From Phyllobates terribilis (lineage: Eukaryota), in assembly GCF_046119375.1 (NCBI RefSeq), contig NW_027362765.1, positions 434,186,001 through 434,250,000 on the forward strand: a DNA stretch of 64,000 nucleotides, read 5' to 3'. This document shows positions 36,882 to 49,400 of this stretch, piece by piece (within the stretch, counting starts at the first letter, position 1; every line of letters begins with the position of its first letter). The notes below the pieces were generated by a model. The model did no database searches. It had not been told where the DNA came from and was given only the letters and a program-made list of their open reading frames with translations. Position numbers and translations under genes: made by a program.

Positions 36882-37371
36882 GTATAGTTGAATGAATGAA
36901 ATCTTATTTAGTCATTTGTTATCATGCATTTAACATAGATGTTCATACAGATCATATTTTCATGTTTTTTACCACTAAGGGTGCTGCAAACAAGAAATTG
37001 CCTTTTTAAGAGAATCTTACTGGATTGGTGTCACCTTGATTCCTGCCCCATTAACCCCTAGATGATAACTGGTTTTATATTTGAAGAGGATTCCTTTGTG
37101 AGATCACCAAAATCCCAACACTGGCAGCAACCTTATAAAGCACATTTTAACCTTTTAACGCTTCTTATATTATATATTATATTATATTACATTTTAAATA
37201 TTCTACTATACATACTTTTTAATACTTTCCTGTAAATATTTTTTTGCATATTTGTCAAAGCACAAGTAAATCTCATGTACAAACATGTTCTACCAAAATC
37301 AGGTCCCACCAATGAGATCCACTTCTATTTTGGAAAGAGGGCCAGACCTCTGTCATTGAAGAGGTGGCTGC

Positions 37372-38124
37372 TAGAGATGAGCGGTGTTCGACTTGAACTG
37401 TTCGCCAATCTCAAATTCGAGCTGTTTTGGGCGGTGTTCGAACCTTTCGGCGAACACTAACGATTTGAAAAAATCCGGCTGTTCGAGGTTATGTTCGATA
37501 ACTGTTCGTGCACCAAAATCATAACTTGATTTTTTCACAGTAATACTGATAATCAATGTTAATACGCAGTTTGAGTGTACAGTGGAGCGGGGGTGGGGGG
37601 AGGGGATGGATCTCTTCAGAAATAATGAAGAGCTCCATTTTTTTCTCTTTCCCACATTTACAGTGGGGACGTGCAATCTGTCAGGCTATCAGCAGCGCAC
37701 ACACAGAGCGAACTGCTTTTTTCACACAAGCAAGGGCATGTGTCATTGGCTGTGTATGTCACAAGTCCTTGCCCTATAAGACCCAGCTATTTTCCCCATC
37801 GCCACCATTTTCTCACTGCTGCAGCTGCGTGTTAGACGGCACTGCTGTTGCTGTGTGCGCTATACTTTGTTAATTTCAAGACAATTTTTGCAGACATCTA
37901 CAGATAGCTTGGGAGTAGGGAATAGTTGTGAATGCAGTACTTTTAAGGACTAGGTTAGATCATTTCCTACGACTTTTATCAGGCAGGTTTGTGCTCTTAA
38001 ATAGATAGGTTGGGAGTAAAGACTAATTGTAATTGCAGTCCTTTTCAGGGCTAGGTTACATCAGTTCCTATCACTTTTATCAGGCAGGTCTGTGCTCTTA
38101 AATAGATAGGTCGGGAGTAAAGAC
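37372..38124 (+). mobile_element. Older, diverged left end of the same hAT family (copy 3a), interrupted by copy 3
   Basis: TAGAGATGAGCGGTG at 37372. Colinear with 21004-21680 but with many substitutions. Stops at GTAAAGAC, where a new TIR begins. Confidence 0.88.
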
Positions 38125-39041
38125 TAGAGATGAGCGTTGTTCTACTCGAACTGTTCGCCAATCTCAAATTCGAGCTGTTTTGGGCGGTGTTCGAGCCGTT
38201 CGGCGAACACGAACAATTTGAGAAAAATTCGGCTGTTCGAGGTTATGTTCGATAACTGTTCGTGCACCAAAATCATAACTGGATTTTTTCTCAGTAATGA
38301 TGAAAATTAATGTTAATACGCAGTTTGAGTGTACAGCGGGGTGGGGGGAGGGGCAGGGGATGGATCTCTGCAGGAACAATGAAGATCTCCATTTTTTTTT
38401 CTCTTTCCCGCATTTACATTGGGGACGTGCAATCTGTCAGCCTATCAGCAGCGCACACACGGAGCAAAGTGCTTTTTTTCACACAAGCAAGGGCATGTGT
38501 CATTGGCAGTGTATGTCACATGTCCTTGCCCTATAAGACCAAGCCATTTTCCCCGTCGCCACCATTTTCTCACTGCTGCAGCTGCGTGTTAGACGGCACC
38601 GCTGTTGCTGTGTGCGTTATACCTTGTTAATTTCAAGCCAATTTTCGCACAAATATACAGATAGCTTGGGAGTAGGGAATAGTTGTGATTGCAGTCCTTT
38701 TAAGGACTAGGTTACAGCATTTCCTACGACTTTTATCAGGCAGGTCTGTGCTCTTAAATAGATAGGTTGTGGGAGTAAAGACTAATTGTAATTGGAGTCC
38801 TTTTCAGGACTAGGTTACATCAGTTCCTATCAGTTTTTGCCAGGCAGGTCTGTGCCAGTGCTGTGCAAGTTTTTTTCACAGCATTTGACTAAATCTAGCA
38901 AAGGAAATCCTTTTTGGCCTATTGCAGAGTGTGTTAGTCAGTGGAGTAGCCTATCTGTATTGCGAGCTACACCACCTGTGTATAGAATACCAATTTTTTT
39001 ACTGCACCTAGTGAAGTAAAACCTTTTGGGCATAGCAACAT

Positions 39042-39330
39042 TCTATTAGTCCATCTATACTAACATCCACCAGGTTGCAAATTCAATAGAATTTTTTTCT
39101 GCATCTAGCTCTGAAAAAATATTTCGGCTTGTAGCAGTGTGTGGGACTTGTTCTATTAGTCCATCTATACTAACCTCCACCAGGTTGCAAATTCAATATA
39201 ATTTTTTTCTGCTTCTAGCTCTGAAAAAATATTTTGGCTTTTAGCAGTGTGGGGGACTTGTTCTATTAGTCCATCTATACTAACCTCCACCATGATGCAA
39301 ATTCAAAATAATTTTTATCTGCATCTAACC
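39042..39330 (+). repeat. 110-bp tandem repeat, ~2.6 copies
   Basis: TCTATTAGTC at 39042, 39152 and 39262. Confidence 0.9.
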
Positions 39331-39442
39331 CAGTCAATACTATTGGGCTAATACCACAGTTTGGCCACTCAGCTCTGCTCGGTTCCCATCCATTGTTTTT
39401 TGTGCAAGCAACTCCAGAGTTATGAATTAGTTAACCATCAAA

Positions 39443-42400
39443 ATGAGTGGAAAAAGGCCTGCTGCTGGTGGAAAGGGGAATAGGCATGTTGGGAAGGGAA
39501 AAAAAGGTTGTGTCCGTGGGGTAGGTGTTAAAGCAACAGTAACATCTGCAGAAGAAAGACCATCTTCCAGCCAAACTAAGTTGTCTACTTCTTTTAGCGG
39601 ACAATGTGATAAGATCCCTTTCTTACGGCCACGCCAATCGCTGCAAATTCCAGATGAGGCACAAAAACAGCAGGTGCTTCAACGGATATCAAGTGCTCCT
39701 TTAAGTGGGCTCTCCTCCACCTCAACTTCAACATCACAAATACTCCAGTCCTCAGAGGTGTCACCCCAATTGCACTTGCTTCCTCACAGCTCCCAAGTCT
39801 CCAGCTGCCCGTCTTAGTATGTGGTAGAACAGATGGTTGAGTCTGCAGAGCTGTTTATTCATACTATAGCCTGGGAATCAGAGGTCGGCTCAAGAGCTTC
39901 TGTGAATCCAGACGAGGAAATGATCTGCACTGATGCCCAGAATCTTTATGAGTCGGATCCAGGACCAGACGCAGAAGGTTTTGACCATAATGTCGACCCA
40001 AGTTCCCAAACTGTAACTCCTGTTGGTGGAGACAATGAGGAAGACGATGATGAGACTCAAATACCTGATTGGAGCGACAACTTTAGTTTTTTATCAGGGC
40101 AGGAAGAGGTTGGCTCTGAGGACGACGGGTGTGATAACACACAGGGTGATGATGACGAGGTTGGAGATCCCACTTACTGTCAACCCACAGTCAGCCAGTC
40201 GATGAGGTCAGCAGAGGAGGTGGAGGAGGATGCTTGTGACGACGAGGTCAGATTACGCCTTCCTGGACTAAGACGTAGTATTGGAATCACGTCAACAACT
40301 GCATCCTCAAACAAAACTCTGCCTCTGACAACAAGTCGTGGTGGCTCTTCAGGTCGCATGGGTACTAAGCCTTGCATAGCCTGGGCATTTTTTCAGATCG
40401 ATAAAGATGACCCAACTCGTGTTATCTGTAACATTTGTCAGCAAAAGCTAAGTAGAGGCCAAAAAATACATAGTTTGAGTACTTCATGCATGAACCGGCA
40501 CATGGATATGAAGCATAAGTTGCAGTGGGAAGCTCACTGTGCTACAATGCGGCCTAGCCGGCCGGGCCAACCACCTTCTGCCACATCTTATGCATCCGCG
40601 GCCTCTTCATCCTCTGTGACTGGGGGGACAGCAGTCACACCTGTTTTGGGACGCAGACCTGCCACCTCTTTACTCGCAACAGCCAGCGTGATTGGCAGGT
40701 CATCATTTTCTTTGGAGGTGGAAACACCAGCTGGTGTTCAGCGCTGTCCGACATCGATAGCACCACCTTTGGATCAAGGCAACCTAACATGTCCGCCTGC
40801 ATCTTCTTCACAGACCGGCAGTTTGCCGGGGACACCCTTCTCAACCCCGTCTAAGCACAACAGCCAGCCTTCGGTCCCTCAGATGTGGACAAGTAAAAGA
40901 CCATTTCCTCCTAGCCATGAGAAAGCTAAGAGGTTGAATTTCACCATCTGCAAGCTCTTGGCTACAGAAATGCTGCCTTTCCGCCTGGTGGACACAGAGG
41001 ATTTTCGAGACCTTATGTCCGTCGCAGTGCCCCAGTACAAGATGCCCAGTCGGCACTACTTCTCAATGAAAGGTGTGCCTGTGCTCCACCAGCATGTCGC
41101 ACACAACATCACCGCTTCTTTGAAAAATTCTGTGTGTGACAGGGTGCATTTCACCCCAGACACTTGGACGAGTAGGCATGGACACGGGCGTTACATGTCA
41201 CTGACTGGGCACTGGGTAACTATGGTGACAGCAGGACAAGGGGCGGCTGTCCAAGTCTTGCCGTCCCCACGAGTTGTGCGTCAATCCTCTTTATCTCAAA
41301 GTTCCTCCACTGCTTCTGCCTCCTCAACCTCCTCTCGGTCCTCCACCTGCACCCAAAGCCTGTCTGGTCATGCCACAAGCTTTCTAACTGCGCAGAAGGG
41401 ATCCTGCACACCTCCTTACTATGCTGGCAGCAGGGCTCAACATCATCAGGCGGTTTTTACTTTGAAATGTCTGGGAAATGTGAGTCACGCAGCTGAGGAG
41501 TTGTGGTCAGCTCTGGAGAACCAGTTTCATGAATGGTTGTCTCCACTGGACCTGAAACCAGGGAAGGCCGTGTGCGACAATGCTGCAAACCTGGGTGCGG
41601 CCCTTCGCCGGGGCAATGTCACACATGTGCCTTGTATGGCTCACGTGTTGAACCTGGTTGTCCAGCAATTTTTAGCCCACTATCCTGGACTAGATGGCCT
41701 TCTGCAGAGGGCACGGTCGATGTGTGCTCACTTCCGCCGTTCGCATCCCGCAGCTCAGCGACTTACATCTCTACAGAAGTCGTTAGGCCTGCCACTTCAC
41801 CGGCTAAAATGCGATGTGCCTACCCGGTGGAATTCAACTCTGCACATGTTGCAGTGACTGTGGCAGCACCGACAAGCCCTGGTGCAATACGTTCTGACGT
41901 ATAGCCTGGGCCAACGAGATCCAGAGGTGGGGCAAATCACGCTGGGGGAGTGGTCTCAGATCAGGGACCTATGCACCCTTCTGCACAGTTTTGAAATGGC
42001 GACGAAGATGTTTAGTGCTGACGATGCCATTATCAGCATGACTATTCCGGTGATTTACATGCTGGAGCACATGTTAAACAGAATTCAGAGTCAGGTGGTG
42101 GCACAAGAGGAGGTGGAGGAAATAGAGGAGGAGGAGTTGTATGCGGATGGGCTAACATCTTCAGGCATGTGAGGGTGAGGGAGATGGTTTTACCAGGGCG
42201 CATGGTAGCAGCCAAACTAGTGAGGAAGGTGCAGGAGCCCAGGAAGAAGTGGAGGACGAACTGATGGAAGACTCATCAGATAAGGGAGACCTTGATCACA
42301 TTTCTGTTGTGCGAGGTTGGGGGGGAGAGGGCAGAGGAAGGAAGCATGATTGTTATCTTGCCACCAACACAACAGGGACCTGGTGCTCCTGGATGCGGAA

Positions 42401-43113
42401 GACACATGAGTGCCTGCTTGCTGCACTACCTGCAACATGACCCTCGAATTGTGATAATTAGAAATAATCCTGACTACTGGGTTGCCACACTGTTAGATCC
42501 CCGGTACAAAAGTAAATTTTCAGAAATTATTCCTGCCATAGAAAGGGATGCACGCATGCAGGAGTATCAGCAGAGACTGTTGCAGAATCTTACATGTGCT
42601 TTTCCACAAAACACCAGTGGTGCACGTAGTGAATCTCACAGTTCCAACTTGCCAATCGTGGGACCGTCGAGTGTTCAGCACTCAAACCGTGACAGAAACA
42701 CAGTATCTGCTGGTAACAGCAATTTTGCGGTATCATTTCACAGCTTTTTTAGCCCATCCTTTGCAAGGCCACAGGAGACAAGAAGTCTGACACATAGTCA
42801 ACGCCTAGAGACGATGGTACAGGAGTATCTCCAAGTAAACATCGAAGCCATGACTGTGTCACTGGACCGTTGCTCTTTTTGGGCTTCCTATCTGGATAAA
42901 TGGCCGGAGCTCGCCACTTACGCCTTGGAGATCTTGTCATGCCCCGCAGCCAGCGTTATCTCTGAACGTGTGTTCAGCGCTGCTGGTGGTGTGCTGACAG
43001 ATAAGCGCACGTGGCTGTCCACTGAGAATGTAGACAGAATCGCGTGCATAAAGATGAACAAATCATGGATCCGCAAGGACTTTTCTACCCCTGTGTCATC
43101 CTGGGGAGCATAA
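39443..43113 (+). pseudogene. hAT transposase, copy 3, with several lesions
   Basis: In-frame TAG at 39815-7, TGA at 41855-7, and a deletion/frameshift near 42165. The same motifs as the 1230-aa ORF are present. Confidence 0.92.
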
Positions 43114-43959
43114 AAGCTTGACGATTTTGTAAAATCACCTCACCAACCGTTTTAAGCTTTCAAATTACTAATCATTTTTAGCTGCATCTTGTCTGGAAAA
43201 TAATTTTGGGCCTGTAGCAGTGTGCGATACTCGTTCTATTATGCCATCTATACTAAGCTCCACTAGCTTGCAAATTACTAATAATTTTTAGCTGCATCTT
43301 GTCTGGAAAATAATTGTGGGCATAGTAGCAGGGGGTGGTGCTCATTCTAACCAACCGTTTTAAGCAACTCTGGGGCAATTGATGCCACTTAAGTGGTGTC
43401 TGTGCCACAAATTTTTTTAAAAAATGGAGACTCTTTTTGGAGTTCCCTTGCTTTATTTTACGTGACGTTGCCATCGTCAATTAGAGGTGGGTTGGGTCCC
43501 CCCCCCTTTTAACTGTAAGAAACTACATACACTATGGCTTGGGGTAACACAGATGGTTGAGTCTGAAGAGGTCTCAGAGGTCTGCTCCAAAGCTTCATTG
43601 TCTGCTAGTCAGTGTAGTAACCCAGCTGCGAAGCAAGCTGCACCACCTGTGTATCTAATAATGATTTTTAAATGCATATATCCTAGGCAGACTGTGGGGA
43701 CCCCTAACCAAACCCCGACGCTCAGCCCCTTAATGCCCCCCTTTCATTGACAATACAATCATGTAACTCTTACAACTGGATGGGTGAGGATCGGTCACAG
43801 CTTTATTAACTGTTTATACTCATTCCATTAGAAATACATTTTATTTCTAAAATTCAGCTTGTTGCAGCATGCCCTGTGTCTCCAGTCTCCACAACGGCAA
43901 GTTGTCCAACAAGTGTAACTCTCCAACATGTCCTTTCTATTTCCAGGCCACGGAGGATC

Positions 43960-44400
43960 CTGCTTACTTGTATGCAGGACTCTGACCCCCATCCATCACT
44001 CTTAATGCTTGTTCCACTCCATCCTGGAGTCCTGACAAGAATATGTCCAGTCCAATATCCATTAAGTGAACACCGTCGGGCCGTATGAGGCCTGCTTTAT
44101 CTCCTTCCTGTTGTCGGTGTCGTATCACTACACAGCCTCTGTCTCTTATAAATTTTGCCATCCGAATATTTATTACCTGCCTTGTCCATTCAATGGACGT
44201 GATGTCTCACGCACCTTGCCATACCGTTCTCGGCACAATCTCTGACCACACTATAGTTAGTTTTGTGAAAAATTCCCTGAAGCGCTCAGTGTCTAGTTTC
44301 ATTATTGCCATTAGTTATGCGCTCTTGTGATAAGCTATGTCGTTTCCCCCAGCCTGTATAACTAAGATGACCGGACCTCTTGCCTCTCTCCCTACCTTGA
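43960..44400 (-). pseudogene. SGNH hydrolase fragment (DIRS/Ngaro-type retrotransposon accessory ORF)
   Basis: The minus strand reads VILVIQAGGND...IVWSEIVPRTVWQGA*...IRHRQQEGDKAGLIRPDGVHLMDIGLDIFL, which contains SGNH blocks GxND and DxxH. Contains stops. Confidence 0.65.
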
Positions 44401-45104
44401 TTACCTCCACTAGTACCTTGGCCATTGCAGGCCTCTAATACCTCTCCAGTTCAAATATGTGTTATGAAACTCCAATTTCCTCCCGCCAGGGTGGACTTTC
44501 ACCCTTCTTTCTGCACAATATATATACGAGTTCTTAATCATTGCATAGTAAAAAAACAGCAAGGAAGTGGTATTTATATGTCATGTCCTGCTATGCACCT
44601 GTTCAAGGCTGAGTTAATCAGAAATGTAAACACCCATACTATGTTAAAATCGTATAGCATAGAAACAATGCATATAAATGTAAATAATCAAAAAGAAAAA
44701 GAAAAGAAGAAAAAAGGAACATATATATAATAATAATCTATAAATGATCACTCATAATGATACAGCAAATCATCTGATGTTTAAACCCGCTGGTACACGT
44801 GTATTTAAAGTATAAATTCACCAACTTTCTCTATTACGGAGCTTTCTCCTATAATCATCCACCAAATCTCCACCAATCGCCACGGCCCACAGAGGGGCCA
44901 CCACAGTCAGTATATCCTTCCTTATTTAGTATAGAGTCTACCAATACTTTGGGCATATTAGCCCAGCTGCGAAGCCAGCTGCACCGCCTGTGTATCTAAT
45001 GAAAATTTTTAACTACATCTAGCCTAGGCAGACTGTGGGGACCCCCAACAAAACCCAGACGCTCTGCATCTAACCCAGCCAATCATTTGATAGTATTACT
45101 AGTA

Positions 45105-45369
45105 GCAGAGTCACATGGGCTCTAAACCTTGCATAGCCTGTGCATTTTTTCAGATCGCTAAGAATGACCCAACTCGTTTTATCTGTAACATTTGTCACCA
45201 AAAGCTAAGTAGAGCCAAAAAATCCATAGTTTGAGCACTTCATGCATGAACTGTCACATGGATATGAAGCATAAGTTGCAGTGCGAAGCTCACTGTGCTA
45301 CAATGCGGCCTAGCGGGCCGGGACAACCACCATCTGCCCCACCTGTGTCATGCTGGGGAGACTAAAAGC
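45105..45369 (+). pseudogene. Internally deleted hAT transposase remnant (BED region fused to the 3' end)
   Basis: CCTTGCATAGCCTG...ATCTGTAACATTTGTCA...AAGCATAAGTTGCAG joined directly to CCTGTGTCATGCTGGGGAGACTAAAAGCT, the terminal codons of the transposase. Confidence 0.8.
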
Positions 45370-46122
45370 TACCACGTAGTCTTTTCCAAAAATTTGAGTG
45401 AATTACCGCGGGAATGGTTTGGAAGAGGTATAAGAGTTTAGGTAGGACGTTAATTTTTAGTATACTTATTCTGCCGAACCAGGAAAAATCCTTCACCGTC
45501 CAAGAAGTAAGATCTTTATGGAGTTGTTCAATAATGGGCCCAAAATTAAGATAAAATAGATGGGAGAGGTCTCTATGAATACGAATTCCTAAGTATTTGA
45601 TACCCTGTGAGGGCCAGGCAAAGGGAAAGTTGGACTGGATGGAATCCTGTATGGATTTGGGGAGGGAGACATCGAGTGCCTCAGACTTCGCTGCATTGAT
45701 TTTAAAATTTGACCATGTAACAAAGTGATCTATTTCAGCCATAACAGCAGGGATGGATATATGTGATTGAGTGATATATACTAGGACATCATCGGCAAAT
45801 GCTGAGCACTTGTACTCGGTGCCTCCCACCTCAATCCACCTAATATTGGGGTTATCGCGAATTGATGAGAGCAGGTGCTCCATCTCTAGAATGTATAAGA
45901 GAGGGGACAGAGGACATCCCTGCCTTGTCCCATTGGTGATTATGAAAGGTGATGAAAATGTTCCATTTATCTTCAGCCTAGCTGACTGATTGTGATACAG
46001 GGCCATGATTTTGGCTATAAAAGGGTCCCCTAGACCCCTACCCCAAGCTTTTTAAGAGAATAATATATGGCATGCCAGGAGACTCTCTGGAATGCTTTCT
46101 CAGCATCCAACGAGAGTGTCTA
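45370..46122 (-). pseudogene. L1 RT fragment without the solo LTR (ancestral state)
   Basis: ORF 45362-46006: RLKINGTFSSPF...GTRQGCPLSPLL...FADD...KYLGI...WFGRISILKINVLPKLLYLFQ. Confidence 0.9.
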
Positions 46123-46230
46123 ATTACAAATTTTTAACTACATCTAGCCCAGGCAATACTTTGGGCCTAGTAGCAGTGTCTGCTAGTCAGCGGATTATCC
46201 CACCTGTTAAGCAAGCTACACCACCTGTAG

Positions 46231-46420
46231 TTTGGAGACTTAATTTTTTCAAAGGAAATGCTTCGGGCCCACGGGACACTCAGTGAAGAGCATTGGGGAG
46301 GCACCCCAAGTCACAGGGGCTGGGACTGGCGGTAGAACGCCTTGTGGTGGACCGCCAAGCTCGATCCTTATAAAAGCTTTTTAACTGCAGCAGCTTTAGT
46401 GGACGCTACTGGAGCTGGAA
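46231..46420 (-). rRNA. 18S-derived fragment, 3' part (downstream of the Tx1 insertion point), duplicate A
   Basis: ...TTAACTGCAGCAGCTTTAGTGGACGCTACTGGAGCTGGAA abuts the Tx1 3' end. Confidence 0.85.
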
Positions 46421-49400
46421 CTCTTTTTTTATTTTATAGAAAAAGTACAAAAACATAAAACCCCCGCAACACTCCATCAAACCCTCCCCATGTCATATAT
46501 CACCAACAATTTTCCATAACAAAAGAGAGGCTAAGCCGCCAATAAATAACACACAATATGTAAACCCAGAAACTATAACCCCCCCTATGTCATACAATAA
46601 CCAAACTGAAAAGAAATCTAAGCTGCCTTAAAAATAAGCAAGGAACGATACTAAGCATACCATGAAAGTCCCCGCTAGGTCCAGATGAAACTCTAGGTGC
46701 GGGTTCTCCATTCAGAGCCACAGGAGTCCATTGAGTCCGTAAGAGTCCTTGAGAGAGTCCAAGAGAGTCCCAGAGTCCTAGAGTCCGTGAGTCCCCACAT
46801 TAAAGTTTATGCTCGGCTCGGCTCTGCTCCGCTCCACCCCTGCTCTTTTTGCTCCTCTCCTTTGGCCTTGCTACTTTCTTATTCCCTTTCCATTAGCCTC
46901 CTTCCCGGCTCGATGTTCCATATAGGAAGACAAACAGAAAAAGGGGACCGCATTACCATACCTTCAGATCAACCACAGACAACCTTAACACACAGCCTGA
47001 AAATAAAACCTGGTCCATCACCCAACATAACATACCCAACATAAGCATAATAACCACTGTAGAAGAAAAAAAAAACAACCCTAACTGAAACTTAGAACCC
47101 TACATACACACCCATGTGTTGTTGTTTTTTTGTGTTTTTTTTTCTTATTTTTATTTTTTTTTATTTATTTGTTTTTTATTTTTATTTATTTTTATTTTTT
47201 TTCCTACTGGCATAAAATATGACATACACTAATACTACCACATGACAATATTACTACTTAAATAATTTTTTTTTTTTGCGATATCTCGGTGGGGTTTACC
47301 TTCACCCCACCTTATTACCCTACTACCCTACTGCCTTATATGGAATACCTCACAACTTAGCATAATAACTCAACAACTTAACAACATTATAACCTGACTG
47401 ACGACAATCTAACAATTACCACTTACACTTTAAGCCATGGCTCGGTGCTTGCGAGCCCCATACACCTCAGTACTTCTTGAAAACAAAAAGCTACCAGTGA
47501 AAGTTGACAGCCCACCACCGGAAAAGCAGGCACTCTCCCTGATACAAGGAAAAATATAAATATAAACCTACCTTTCCCTTACTATCTATAAAGCTATCCC
47601 TAATTTAAAAGACCTGTCCCTATCTGTCCCTCCCTGCCCCTATCGCCCTATCTACCTCACCTCGTGCCTAACTATCTTTCCCTCCTCTGTCCCTAACTGT
47701 CCCTATGAATATCTCTCCCTACTGCCTAAATACCTGCCCCTACTACTATAAAAATAAAATTAATCTGGCCCTCAAGGCACTTCAAATGAGAGACACGTTG
47801 CAGCATTCCTCATGGGGGCAACCCCGGTCATCGGAATTCCTGTACTTCAAATTGCCCCTTACATACAGCCTCCCGTGAAAGCAGCGCCAGGCCAAGTTCC
47901 AAAACTTCAAGGGGATCCGAGTAGAATTTAACAACCTCAGCCCCACCTCCAGATCCCGACCTGGGCAATCCTTGAGGGCCAGAGGCTTCTGGAAATGGGT
48001 CAACAGAACCCTCCTGTCAAGGAATTTCCTCGGCATGGTTCTGATCTCCCACATTCCCAGACTCCACCGGCGTATCACTTTCAAAACCAGGGTAGCATAA
48101 GCCGGGAGATGCCCGTGCGGTGTGCGTAGGTCCTTCACTCGCCCTCCTGACTCCCATTCCTGGAAGAAGGGTCGAAGCCATCCCCTGCAGGAGAATACCC
48201 ACGGAGGAGCCCTCTCTGGCCAGAGGTTCGCTATGTTGATTTTAAGGAAGGCATTCACTAAGAATACCACCGGGTTGACCATACCCAACCCGCCTAGTCT
48301 CCTCGTACGGTACGTGACCTCTCTTTTGACTAGGTTGAGCCTGTTTCCCCATAACATCTGAAAAAACAGGCCGTAGACCCGTGTCCAAAGAGGCTCTGGC
48401 AAAATGCAGACGCTGCCCAAATAGTTCAGCAAAGGCAGAAGGTAACCCTTGATCAGGTTCACCCGCTCCCTTAGGGTTAAAGTCCAACCCTTCCACTGGT
48501 CCACCTTTTGAGCGGCAATCTTCAGCCTGCCCTCCCAATTTAGCTGGGGGTAATCACCCGGGCCAAAATTGATGCCTAAGATCTTAGCTGTTGGTTGAGG
48601 TTCTGGGAGGGTGTCCGGGAGACCAAAACTAGGGTCTCCCCCTCCCAGCCAGAGACTCTCACACTACTCCTGGTTGATCTTAGACCCAGATGCCTCCGAG
48701 TAGCGGTCAACCTCAGACATCACCCAGTCCGCCTCCTCTTTCGAGGATACAAACAAGGAGACATCATTGGCATATGCCACTGCCCTCCAGGTGGCCTCTG
48801 GAGCCGCCTGGTCCATCCGGACTCCTGCCAACGGTCCACCCTCGATCCTCCTTAAAAAGGGGTCGATTGCGAACACGTATAACAGCGAGCTCAACGGACA
48901 GCCCTGGCGAACCCCAGCTTCCACCTCAAAAGGGCGGCCAGACCAACCAACGCTATCATAAGCCAGCCAGCCATTGGAGCCTCCCCGGTCACGTAATCTT
49001 GTGACGGTGTTGAAGTCCCCTCCAAAGACCACCTGCCGACTCGTAAAAAGATAGGGCTTGATCTTCAGGAAGAGACATTTGCGGTCCCACTTTCATTGGG
49101 GACCGTAGATGTTTATGAGCCGAAGCTCCTGTCCCCCCATGAAGACGTCTAAAACCAAGCACCTTCCCATTTCTACTTCGATAACCCTCTGGCATTCTAC
49201 CGCTGCGGTCTTATAAAGGACCGCCACCCCGCTATACGGCTCGGCCGTAAGAGACCAGTATGAGGGCCCACACCTCCACTCACTCCTTGCCTTGTGAATG
49301 GCCCCCATGTCCGTTAGTCTGGTCTCCTGCAAAAATAAAATTTCAGCCTCAAACCGGGTGAGAAAATCAAATGCCGTAAATTTAGCCGCATCTGATTTTA

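Noticed and set aside
37372-37400. Copy 3a and copy 2 as one ancestral insertion duplicated with the SRCR cassette
   Set aside because: The insertion points differ by 19 bp, copy 2 has its own perfect TSD, and 3a is far more diverged.
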